A stretch of 64,000 nucleotides of DNA from Oscillospiraceae bacterium (lineage in GTDB: Bacteria > Bacillota > Clostridia > Oscillospirales > UBA929). A model generated the notes under the pieces. It saw only the letters and a program-made list of their open reading frames with translations. It searched no databases and had not been told where the DNA came from. Each line of letters opens with the position of its first letter. The stretch's first letter is position 1. Made by a program: the position numbers and the translations under genes. The stretch is from contig JAIRUW010000044.1 of assembly GCA_031254195.1 (NCBI GenBank), positions 6,208 through 70,207 on the forward strand, read 5' to 3'. Positions 8,279 to 16,200 of this stretch are shown piece after piece.

Positions 8279-9180
8279 GACCCCCCGTCCCGCGCGTCAG
8301 GCGCGTTGTAATGGCGCATGAACAGGTCCTCCAGCGTGGGAGGCATACTCTCGAGTTTTTTCACCCCAAACTGGGAGATGTGCGAGACAACGCTGCCAAG
8401 CTCGTTGGAATCCACCTGGAAGGATAGGCCGTCCTGCTGCGGGATAACCTCGTGGACGCCTTTGAGCGCCTCAAGCCCTTCGATGGGGCGCTCCGCCGCC
8501 ACATTGATCAGGATACGCGTCAGATGGCGCAGCTCGGCCAATGTGCCCGTCTCGACGATCCTGCCCTCCCGGATGATACCGACGCGGTCGCACAGCCGCT
8601 CAACCTCGCTCAAAATGTGGCTGGAGAGGAAGATGCCCTTGCCGCTGTTTTTGCGCTCCAGCACGCACTCCTGAAAGACCTGCTCCATCAGCGGGTCGAG
8701 GCCGCTGGTCGGCTCGTCGAGGATAAAGAGGTCGGCGTCGGACGCGAAGGCGGCGACAAGAGCCACTTTCTGCCGGTTGCCCTTGGAGTAGGTACGGCAC
8801 TTTTTCGACGGGTCTAAGTCGAACATTTCCAGGAGCTTTTCCCGCTTTTGCCTGTCATGCCGGCCGCGCAAGCGGACAAAGAGGTCGATGACCTCGCCGC
8901 CGGTCAGGTTGGGCCAGAGGTTGACGTCGCCCGGTACATAGGCGATGCGCTTATGGATTTCGACGGCGTCTTTCCACGCGTCCAGCCCAAATACCTTTGC
9001 GCCGCCCTGCGTGGCGTGCAGGATGCCCAGCAGGACACGGATGGTGGTGGTTTTACCCGCCCCGTTGGGGCCGATGTAACCGAAGACTTCACCCTCTTTT
9101 ACTTGCAAGCTGATGTCGTTGAGCGCGGTAAACTGCCCGAATTTCTTGGTCAGGTTTTGGATGTCGAGTGTGTATGTCAT
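8275..9180 (-). CDS. ABC transporter ATP-binding protein
   Basis: Walker A GPNGAGKTT, signature YSKGNRQKV, Walker B LFILDEPTSGLD. Confidence 0.92.
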   Translation of the reverse strand: MTYTLDIQNLTKKFGQFTALNDISLQVKEGEVFGYIGPNGAGKTTTIRVLLGILHATQGGAKVFGLDAWKDAVEIHKRIAYVPGDVNLWPNLTGGEVIDLFVRLRGRHDRQKREKLLEMFDLDPSKKCRTYSKGNRQKVALVAAFASDADLFILDEPTSGLDPLMEQVFQECVLERKNSGKGIFLSSHILSEVERLCDRVGIIREGRIVETGTLAELRHLTRILINVAAERPIEGLEALKGVHEVIPQQDGLSFQVDSNELGSVVSHISQFGVKKLESMPPTLEDLFMRHYNAPDARDGGS

Positions 9181-9830
9181 GATGCTGCCTCCTTATACAA
9201 AATTTGTCTGAACAATTTGAAATACCCGTCGATCTCAGTGAGATATGTGCCGTACTCCTCCTGATAGTCTCCGATGGTTTTGTCTTTGCCGATCTTGCTG
9301 TTGGAATAGCCGAAGAGCGACCATTGGATGATGTTGATGGCCTTTTCGGCATCGACGTCGTCGCGGAAAAGCGACCTGTCCACATTCTCATACAGCCTGC
9401 CCGTCAAATCGGCCTGTACCGCCTGATACATCCCCGAGAACTGATCGGAAGGGTCTTCCCGCTCACGGGTGTAAGCCGCCAGCAAAAAGTCGGACAGATT
9501 GGGGTGCTTATACGCCAAATCCTGCTTGAGCAGGACCATTTGCCTGAGCCGCTCGATGATGTCCCGCTCGGAATAGTTGATGAGGTCAATATACTCCTTG
9601 ACCATTACATCAAAAGCGTACCAGAGCAAAAAACTGTACAGCCCTTCCTTGGTTCCGAAATAATGGAAAAGCAGCCCTTTGGAGATGCCCGCCTCCCGGA
9701 CGATATGGTCGGTGGACGCGTGATGGAAGCCGTTGCGGAATTCTTCCAGCGCGGCGTTGATGATACGGCCGCGTTTCTCCGGTTCCATCGACATGATTTT
9801 ATGTGCCTCAATGTCAATTGGCTGGCTCAT
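9177..9830 (-). CDS. TetR/AcrR family transcriptional regulator
   Basis: HTH RIINAALEEFRNGFHHASTDHIVREAGISKGLLFHYFGTKEGLY. The ATG at 9830 lies 7 nt after AAGGGGGG (alternative TTG at 9848). First gene of the TetR-ATPase-permease operon. Confidence 0.9.
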   Translation of the reverse strand: MSQPIDIEAHKIMSMEPEKRGRIINAALEEFRNGFHHASTDHIVREAGISKGLLFHYFGTKEGLYSFLLWYAFDVMVKEYIDLINYSERDIIERLRQMVLLKQDLAYKHPNLSDFLLAAYTREREDPSDQFSGMYQAVQADLTGRLYENVDRSLFRDDVDAEKAINIIQWSLFGYSNSKIGKDKTIGDYQEEYGTYLTEIDGYFKLFRQILYKEAAS

Positions 9831-9850
9831 GGCATCGCCCCCCTTCAAAA

Positions 9851-9900
9851 TTGACTAATCTGGTCAATTGCAGTATAACACCGCTGACCGGATTAGTCAA
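9851..9900 (-). promoter_or_regulatory. consensus promoter bracketed by two inverted 17-bp operator copies (probable TetR autoregulation site)
   Basis: On the minus strand: TTGACT (9895-9900), 17 nt, TATACT (9872-9877). TTGACTAATCTGGTCAA (9851-9867) recurs inverted at 9884-9900 (TTGACTAATCCGGTCAG). Confidence 0.6.
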
Positions 9901-9919
9901 TATGTATTTCAAAATTTTT

Positions 9920-10141
9920 TTAACTGTCCCCCGCCCGTTTATACAGAGTTTGCAGCCACGCCGTACCCAGCCCCCCCGCCAACAGGACAGAGAAGATGAT
10001 TTCCGGCATGGCGCGGATGACTTGCAAATTATAATATGTATCATATCCGACCGGTCCGAACAGCAGCATGGCCTGACAGAGCAAGAGGACGATGGCGAGC
10101 TTCATGCTGACGAGAGCGGTGTCTTTGGCTTGACGGCACAT
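9920..10141 (-). CDS. candidate small membrane protein (73 aa)
   Basis: SD GAGGTGA lies 7 nt upstream of the ATG at 10141. Two hydrophobic helices (KLAIVLLLCQAMLLFGPV, IIFSVLLAGGLGTAWL). No recognised family. Confidence 0.4.
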   Translation of the reverse strand: MCRQAKDTALVSMKLAIVLLLCQAMLLFGPVGYDTYYNLQVIRAMPEIIFSVLLAGGLGTAWLQTLYKRAGDS

Positions 10142-10203
10142 GTATATATCACCTCAATATATGGTATCGGCGTTCGTTATCTTATACTTTATAGCACAAT
10201 ATA

Positions 10204-10232
10204 TTGACATTTTGCTAAAACTTTGATACACT
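10204..10232 (+). promoter_or_regulatory. candidate promoter of the gcv operon
   Basis: TTGACA (10204-10209), 17 nt, TACACT (10227-10232). The leader to the ATG at 10263 is only about 25 nt. Confidence 0.55.
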
Positions 10233-10262
10233 GCTATTCCACTGGTTTCTAGGAGGGCTTAT

Positions 10263-11267
10263 ATGCGGACGCCGCTTTATCATGAACACCTCGCCGCCGG
10301 CGCGAGGATGACAGATTACCACGGCTGGGAGCTGCCGGCGCAATACGGAGGCATCCTCTCCGAACACGCCGCCGTCCGGCAGCGGGCGGGGATTTTCGAC
10401 GTATCACATATGGGCGAAATCTTGGTCTCCGGCACGGGCGCGCTTGGTTTTTTGCAGATACTGCTGACGCACGACGTGCGCCGCCTGGAAACCAAGCCGT
10501 GGGTTTATTCCCCCATGTGCGGCACGGACGGCGGGACGGTGGACGATGTGATTGTCTGCCGCTATGACGGCGGCTTTCTGCTCTGCGTCAACGCCGCCAA
10601 TACGGAGAAGGACTTTTCCTGGATACGGCAAAACGCCCCTTCCGATGTTACGGTGGAAAACATTTCAGAGCGGTTCGCGCAGATTGCCGTACAGGGGCCG
10701 GACGCGTTTACCCTCTTGGAGAAAGCCGATCTGTCCGCCGTTTTGCTCCAGTCAAACACAGGATATACCGGTGAGCGCGGCTGTGAGCTTTATGTAGCGC
10801 CCGGGGACGCGCCAAAGCTATGGCGGGAGTTGACAGCGGCGGGCGCGGTTCCCTGCGGGCTGGGCGCGCGCGACTTGCTGCGCACCGAAGCGGGGCTGCC
10901 GCTGTACGGGCATGAGCTTTCGGAGGACATCTCCCCCTTAGAGGCGGGGCTTGGCCGTTTTGTATGCTTTGACAAGGGAGATTTCATCGGGCGGGACGCG
11001 CTGCTCAGGCTGCGGGACAGCCCTTCCCGGCGGCGTTTGATTGGCTTGACGATGCAAGGCCGCGCCATCCCAAGGCCGGGGTATGCCGTTTTGGGCGACG
11101 GGATCCCTTGCGGAGCTGTGACGTCGGGCGGCGTCGCGCCCGCGCTTGGATGCAACGTAGCGATGGCGTTTGTTACGAGCGAAGCGGAGAGATATACGAT
11201 CGTCATACGCGGCAAAGAGGAACCCGCGGTTTTGGCGGAACTGCCGTTTTACAGGAGAAGGAAATAA
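10263..11267 (+). CDS. gcvT: glycine cleavage system aminomethyltransferase (T protein), shortened variant
   Basis: RTPLYHEHLAAGARMTDYHGWELPAQY...GIFDVSHMGEI...TGYTGERG...GLGARDLLRTEAGLPLYGHEL. At 334 aa it is shorter than the usual ~360. Confidence 0.88.
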   Translation: MRTPLYHEHLAAGARMTDYHGWELPAQYGGILSEHAAVRQRAGIFDVSHMGEILVSGTGALGFLQILLTHDVRRLETKPWVYSPMCGTDGGTVDDVIVCRYDGGFLLCVNAANTEKDFSWIRQNAPSDVTVENISERFAQIAVQGPDAFTLLEKADLSAVLLQSNTGYTGERGCELYVAPGDAPKLWRELTAAGAVPCGLGARDLLRTEAGLPLYGHELSEDISPLEAGLGRFVCFDKGDFIGRDALLRLRDSPSRRRLIGLTMQGRAIPRPGYAVLGDGIPCGAVTSGGVAPALGCNVAMAFVTSEAERYTIVIRGKEEPAVLAELPFYRRRK

Positions 11268-11305
11268 GTCTTCCCCATTTTAGAGGGAAGGAAGGGGTGC
11301 AAGAT

Positions 11306-11668
11306 ATGCGTTATTATTCCAAGGACCATGAGTGGATCGAAGTCAACGGCGAGACCGGGAAGGTGGGCATCACAGACCACGCGCAGGCGCAACTGGGCGA
11401 ACTTGTTTTCTGCGAGATGGAGCCGCCCGGCACGGTGCTGGCGGCGGGCGATATGGCGGGCGCGGTCGAATCGGTCAAGGCGGCGGCGGACATTCTAACC
11501 CCGGTATCGGGCGAGATCACCGCCGTCAACGACGCGTTAGCGGACGACCCGGTGCCGTTGAATACCGCGCCGGAGGAAAACTGGCTGTTCACCATCCGCC
11601 TGAGCGCCGCCGAGGAACTGGACGCGCTGATGGATGAAGGCGCTTACAAGGTATTTTGCCATGAATAG
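11306..11668 (+). CDS. gcvH: glycine cleavage system H protein
   Basis: The ATG at 11306 follows GGAAGGGGTG. YSKDHEWIEVNGETGKVGITDHAQAQLGELVF...AVESVKAAADILTPVSGEI includes the lipoyl-lysine motif. Confidence 0.92.
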   Translation: MRYYSKDHEWIEVNGETGKVGITDHAQAQLGELVFCEMEPPGTVLAAGDMAGAVESVKAAADILTPVSGEITAVNDALADDPVPLNTAPEENWLFTIRLSAAEELDALMDEGAYKVFCHE

Positions 11669-12938
11669 CTATATCCCGCAGACGACGCGAGAGCAGGAGG
11701 ACATGCTATCCGCGCTGGGGGTCCATAGCATCGGCGAATTGTTTTCCTCCATCCCGCTGCAATGCCGCACCGGCGGCATATCCGGCCTGCCCGCCCCCCT
11801 CTCCGAGGCCGCGCTCCGCCGCCTGCTGGAGGAGGTCGCGTCACAGAACGACACACACGAGCCGCTATTTATCGGCGCGGGGCTGTATGACCACTATGTC
11901 CCGGCGGCGGTGGACGCGCTGTGCTCCCTACCGGAGTTCGTCACGGCCTACACGCCGTACCAGCCGGAGGTCAGCCAAGGCACCTTGACGGCCATTTTTG
12001 AATTTCAGACGGCCATCTGCCGCCTTACCGGGCTGGACGTCTCCAACGCTTCGATGTATGACGCCGCCACCGCCGCCTGCGAGGCGATGATGCTGTCGGC
12101 GGCGCAGACGCGGCGCAAGGCGGTATATGTCACCGCCGCCACCCACCCGCACATCCGCGAGACGCTGGCGGCTTACGCCCGCTTCAACGGCTTGACGCTC
12201 CTCACTGTCCCGTTCGACGGGCGCGGCCAGGCGGCGCTTGACGGGACGCTTGACGGCGCGGCCTGCCTGATTGCGCAGTCGCCCAACTTCTTCGGCGTCA
12301 TTGAGCCTATGCGTTCCCTGGCGGAGGCCGCCTCGCGGGCGGGCGCCGTGCCCGTCGCTGTCTGTGACCCGCTGTCATTGGGGCTGCTGGAAAGCCCGGG
12401 CGAATGCGGCTTTGACATCGCCGTGGGCGAATGCCAGCCGCTCGGCTCTTATATCTCGTTCGGCGGCCCCCACGCCGGGTATTTTTCCGCGAGGGAGAGT
12501 TTTATGCGCCGGATACCGGGGCGTATCGCCGGGGAAACGGTTGAATTGAACGGGGACAAGCGCGGGTTTGTGCTGACGCTGCAAGCGCGGGAACAGCATA
12601 TCCGCCGTGAAAAGGCCACCTCCAACATCTGCTCCAACGCCGCGCTGTCGGCTTTGCGGGCCAATGTGTACCTCTCCCTGTTGGGGCCGCAGGGGCTGCG
12701 GGAAACCGCTTCACTGTGCGTCCGCAAGGCGGCGTATCTGCGGGGGTTGCTGGAGGAGCACGGGATCAAGCCCCTGTTCGACGCGCCGTATTTCAGGGAG
12801 TTCGCCGTTGACGCGGATTTGCCGGGCGCGTTTTCGCTCAAAGATCCGTTCGGCTCGCTGATTGCCGTAACGGAAAAGAGGACCAAGGAAGAGATCGACA
12901 GGTTTGTCAAGCACGCGGTAAGGGGGTACAGACATTGA
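11661..12938 (+). CDS. gcvPA: glycine dehydrogenase (decarboxylating) subunit 1
   Basis: MNSYIPQTTREQEDMLSALG...TAYTPYQPEVSQGTL...REQHIRREKATSNICSN. The start overlaps the gcvH stop. Confidence 0.9.
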   Translation: MNSYIPQTTREQEDMLSALGVHSIGELFSSIPLQCRTGGISGLPAPLSEAALRRLLEEVASQNDTHEPLFIGAGLYDHYVPAAVDALCSLPEFVTAYTPYQPEVSQGTLTAIFEFQTAICRLTGLDVSNASMYDAATAACEAMMLSAAQTRRKAVYVTAATHPHIRETLAAYARFNGLTLLTVPFDGRGQAALDGTLDGAACLIAQSPNFFGVIEPMRSLAEAASRAGAVPVAVCDPLSLGLLESPGECGFDIAVGECQPLGSYISFGGPHAGYFSARESFMRRIPGRIAGETVELNGDKRGFVLTLQAREQHIRREKATSNICSNAALSALRANVYLSLLGPQGLRETASLCVRKAAYLRGLLEEHGIKPLFDAPYFREFAVDADLPGAFSLKDPFGSLIAVTEKRTKEEIDRFVKHAVRGYRH

Positions 12939-14368
12939 CGGTTTATGAAAAATCCGTACCGGGGCGGCTCGGCTTCATCCCCGAAGAGTGCGATGTGCCG
13001 GAGGCTGCGCTGGGAGGTATCGTCGGGGAGAATCTGCGGAAATCGCCGCCCGCGTTACCCGAAATTGCGGAGATCGACGTCGTGCGTCACTATACCGCGC
13101 TGGCCAAGATGAATTTCGGCGTGGACACCGGCTTCTACCCGCTCGGCTCCTGTACGATGAAGTACAACCCCAAAATCAATGAACAGCTTGCCGCCCTGCC
13201 GGGCTTTGCCCTCGCGCATCCAATGCTGCCGGACGAAAAAATACAGGGCTGCCTTCGCCTGATGGCGGAGCTGGAGATGATGCTGCGCGCTATATGCGAT
13301 ATGGGCGCTTTCACCTTACAGCCCGCGGCGGGGGCGCACGGCGAGCTGGCCGGGCTGATGATCTTCGCGGCATATTTCCAAAAGCGCGGCGAACAGAACC
13401 GCAGCGTCATCCTCATCCCCGATTCGGCGCACGGCACAAACCCCGCGTCGGCAGCGCAGACAGGCTTTACTGTCCGCACCGTGCCGTCCGGCCCGGACGG
13501 GCTGGTTTCTCCCGCATCCCTTGAGAAGATTGTGGCGGAGACGGGAGACAGGCTGGCCGGGTTGATGCTCACCAATCCCAATACGCTGGGGCTGTTTGAA
13601 AAACATATCCCCGCCATTGCCGAAATCATCCACAGCGCGGGCGGGCTTCTGTATTACGACGGGGCCAACCTCAACGCCATTATGGGGCATACATCGCCCG
13701 GCGCGATGGGGTTTGACGTCGTCCATCTCAACCTGCACAAGACTTTTTCCACGCCGCACGGCGGCGGCGGTCCCGGCGCGGGCCCCGTCGGCGTGACGAA
13801 AACGCTGATGCCCTTTTTGCCAGGGCCTAGGGCCATATGGGACGGAGAGCAGTACCGCTCCGTACCGGCGGGGGAGGACAGCATCGGGCGGGTGCGGTCA
13901 TATTTCGGCAATTTCGGCGTACTGGTTCGCGCTTACTGCTATATCCGCTCGCTGGGCGGCAAGGGGTTGAAGAGCGCGTCCGAAACCGCCGTGCTGAACG
14001 CCAACTGGATGCTATCGAAGCTGTCCGGCGCTTATCACGCGCCGTTTGGGGAGTGCTGTATGCACGAGTTTGTACTGTCGGCGGCGCTGCTCAAGGACAA
14101 GACCGGCGTGACGGCGATGGACATTGCCAAGGGGCTAATCGACCGGGGCTTTCACCCGCCGACCGTCTATTTCCCCGCCATCGTCAAAGAAGGCATGATG
14201 ATCGAACCGACCGAAACGGAGTCGGCCGAGACGCTGGACGCGTTCGTGTCGGCGATGCTGGAACTTACATACGCCGACCCTGAAGCGCTAAAAAGCGCGC
14301 CGCACAACGCTCCTGTGGGGAGGCTGGACGAGGTGAAAGCGGCGCGCGAGCCGGTGGTGAAGCGGTGA
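12935..14368 (+). CDS. gcvPB: glycine dehydrogenase (decarboxylating) subunit 2
   Basis: TTG start (TTGA overlap with gcvPA) after AAGGGGG. ...GSCTMKYNPK...DSAHGTNPASA...NLHKTFSTPHGGGGPG includes the PLP-lysine motif. Confidence 0.9.
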   Translation: MTVYEKSVPGRLGFIPEECDVPEAALGGIVGENLRKSPPALPEIAEIDVVRHYTALAKMNFGVDTGFYPLGSCTMKYNPKINEQLAALPGFALAHPMLPDEKIQGCLRLMAELEMMLRAICDMGAFTLQPAAGAHGELAGLMIFAAYFQKRGEQNRSVILIPDSAHGTNPASAAQTGFTVRTVPSGPDGLVSPASLEKIVAETGDRLAGLMLTNPNTLGLFEKHIPAIAEIIHSAGGLLYYDGANLNAIMGHTSPGAMGFDVVHLNLHKTFSTPHGGGGPGAGPVGVTKTLMPFLPGPRAIWDGEQYRSVPAGEDSIGRVRSYFGNFGVLVRAYCYIRSLGGKGLKSASETAVLNANWMLSKLSGAYHAPFGECCMHEFVLSAALLKDKTGVTAMDIAKGLIDRGFHPPTVYFPAIVKEGMMIEPTETESAETLDAFVSAMLELTYADPEALKSAPHNAPVGRLDEVKAAREPVVKR

Positions 14369-16200
14369 ACAGCGTCAAGTGGGCGTTGCAATGGGCGGGG
14401 CGGCAAAAATGGCGGCTTTACGCCGGGTTCGGCATGTCGTTTTTGTTTGTGGGGCTGTTGATGGCCGAGCCGTTCTTTTTTAGGCGGATCATCGACGACG
14501 TATTGCTGGGCGGCGACCATGACGCTTTAATCCCGCTGCTGGCCGGAGCGTTCGGCGTCGGCCTCTGCTTCATGGCGATTAAATATGCCTCCAACATATC
14601 CTGGGAAATATTGTCGCAGGAGATCGTGCGCGGGATGCGGCGCGATCTCTTCTCGCGCATTGTCTCCCAGTCGCCGGATTTTTTCAGGCGAAACGCGGCG
14701 GGCGACCTGATTACCAAGGGCACCGGCGATGTGGACATCGTAAGGCACTTTATCTGCTGGGTTCTGCCCAGTATGATTGAGAGCTTTATGATGGCGGCGG
14801 CGACGCTGGTCATTTTTCTGATTATCGACCCGCTGTATGCGTTATGCCTGTTTGTCATCACGCCAATTGCGGCGGCGCTGGGCTTTAGGCTGGGCAAACG
14901 GATGCGCCCGGCGCACGGGGCGGTGCGGGAGCAGCGGGCCGCGCTGTCTACCGCCGTCAACGAAAACATAAACGGCATCCGCGTCGTCAAGGCGTTCTGC
15001 CGTGAGCCGTTCGAGACGGACAAGTTCACCCGCGAGAACGAGCTTTACCGCGACGCGCAGCTGACGGTCAACAAGACATGGCTCCGCTACGCCCCTCTGA
15101 TTGAGTCAGCGTCGCAGTTTCTGAGCGTCATCAACCTGGTGGTGGGCGGCATCATGGTCATCTCGGGACGGGTCACGCTGGGGCAGATGCAGATCTTCCT
15201 GTCGCTGGCGTGGGCGCTCAACCAGCCGATCGTCAACATGGGCACGCTGATCAACGACGCGCAGCGCTTCTTTGCTTCCACCGAAAAACTGATAGAGCTG
15301 TATTATTGGCGCAACGCCGTCCAAAGCCCGGAAAACCCCACCGAGCATACGGACATCCGCGGCGATATATCGTTCAAGGACGTCTCTTTAAGCCTCGGCG
15401 GCACGGACATCCTAAAAGACATCAACATCGAGATACCGGCCGGCGCCACCGTCGGGTTTATGGGCCCCACCGGTTCGGGCAAGACGGTTCTGGCCTCCCT
15501 GATACCGCGCTTTGCCGGCGTGACGCGGGGCGCGGTGCTGGTGGACGGCGTCAACGTTGAGCATTACAAGCTGGACGTCCTGCGCGGCGCCGTGGGCATG
15601 ACGATGCAGGACGTTTTCCTCTTTTCCGCGTCGGTGGAGGACAACATCGTCTACGGGGAACCGGACGCCGATATGGGGCGTGTCCGGCAGGCCGCCACGG
15701 CCGCCGACGCCGACCGCTTTGTATCCGGCCTGCCCGAAGGGTATAGGACCATCGTGGGGGAACGCGGCACGGGGCTTTCCGGCGGGCAGAAGCAGCGCAT
15801 TTCCTTAGCGCGCGCCTTGCTGCCCGGCCCTTCGATCCTGATTTTGGACGACACCACCAGCGCTGTGGACATGGAGACGGAAAAGGAGATACAAAAACAG
15901 CTCCGCGCCCTGCCCCGCCGCGCCACCACCCTCATCATCGCGCAGCGGGTCTCCTCCATCCGCCACGCCGACCGTATCTATATCTTAGAAGACGGGCGCG
16001 TCTCCGAGGAGGGGACGCATGAGGAGCTGATGGCTAGGAAGGGATATTACTATCAAACATACCTGCTCCAACAGGGCCAGTGGGAGAAAGAGCTGCTCCA
16101 TCGCCGGGCAGAGAGCGGAAGCGGGAATTCACTTCCCGCTTCCGAGAGCGCCCGCACGGCGTACATGGAGCGTGACAAAGGAGGTCGGGGGGATGGCTGA
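14365..16200 (+). CDS. ABC exporter, fused permease/ATP-binding subunit A (heterodimeric type)
   Basis: GTG start overlapping the gcvPB stop (GTGA). A six-TM domain is followed by Walker A GPTGSGKT, LSGGQKQRISLARAL and ILILDD. About 35 C-terminal residues are read through Element A copy 2. Confidence 0.88.
   Translation: MNSVKWALQWAGRQKWRLYAGFGMSFLFVGLLMAEPFFFRRIIDDVLLGGDHDALIPLLAGAFGVGLCFMAIKYASNISWEILSQEIVRGMRRDLFSRIVSQSPDFFRRNAAGDLITKGTGDVDIVRHFICWVLPSMIESFMMAAATLVIFLIIDPLYALCLFVITPIAAALGFRLGKRMRPAHGAVREQRAALSTAVNENINGIRVVKAFCREPFETDKFTRENELYRDAQLTVNKTWLRYAPLIESASQFLSVINLVVGGIMVISGRVTLGQMQIFLSLAWALNQPIVNMGTLINDAQRFFASTEKLIELYYWRNAVQSPENPTEHTDIRGDISFKDVSLSLGGTDILKDINIEIPAGATVGFMGPTGSGKTVLASLIPRFAGVTRGAVLVDGVNVEHYKLDVLRGAVGMTMQDVFLFSASVEDNIVYGEPDADMGRVRQAATAADADRFVSGLPEGYRTIVGERGTGLSGGQKQRISLARALLPGPSILILDDTTSAVDMETEKEIQKQLRALPRRATTLIIAQRVSSIRHADRIYILEDGRVSEEGTHEELMARKGYYYQTYLLQQGQWEKELLHRRAESGSGNSLPASESARTAYMERDKGGRGDG
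16090..16184 (+). repeat. Element A copy 2 (inside the 3' end of ABC-A, ending in the ABC-B SD)
   Basis: Has the same three conserved blocks as 844-963. Its own stem is CGGAAGCGGGAA/TTCCCGCTTCCG around the TTCAC loop. Confidence 0.7.

Noticed and set aside
10142-10262. Glycine riboswitch expected upstream of gcvT.
   Set aside because: The recognisable promoter (10204-10232) leaves only a ~25-nt leader, and no tandem aptamer-like sequence is present in the 120-nt spacer.
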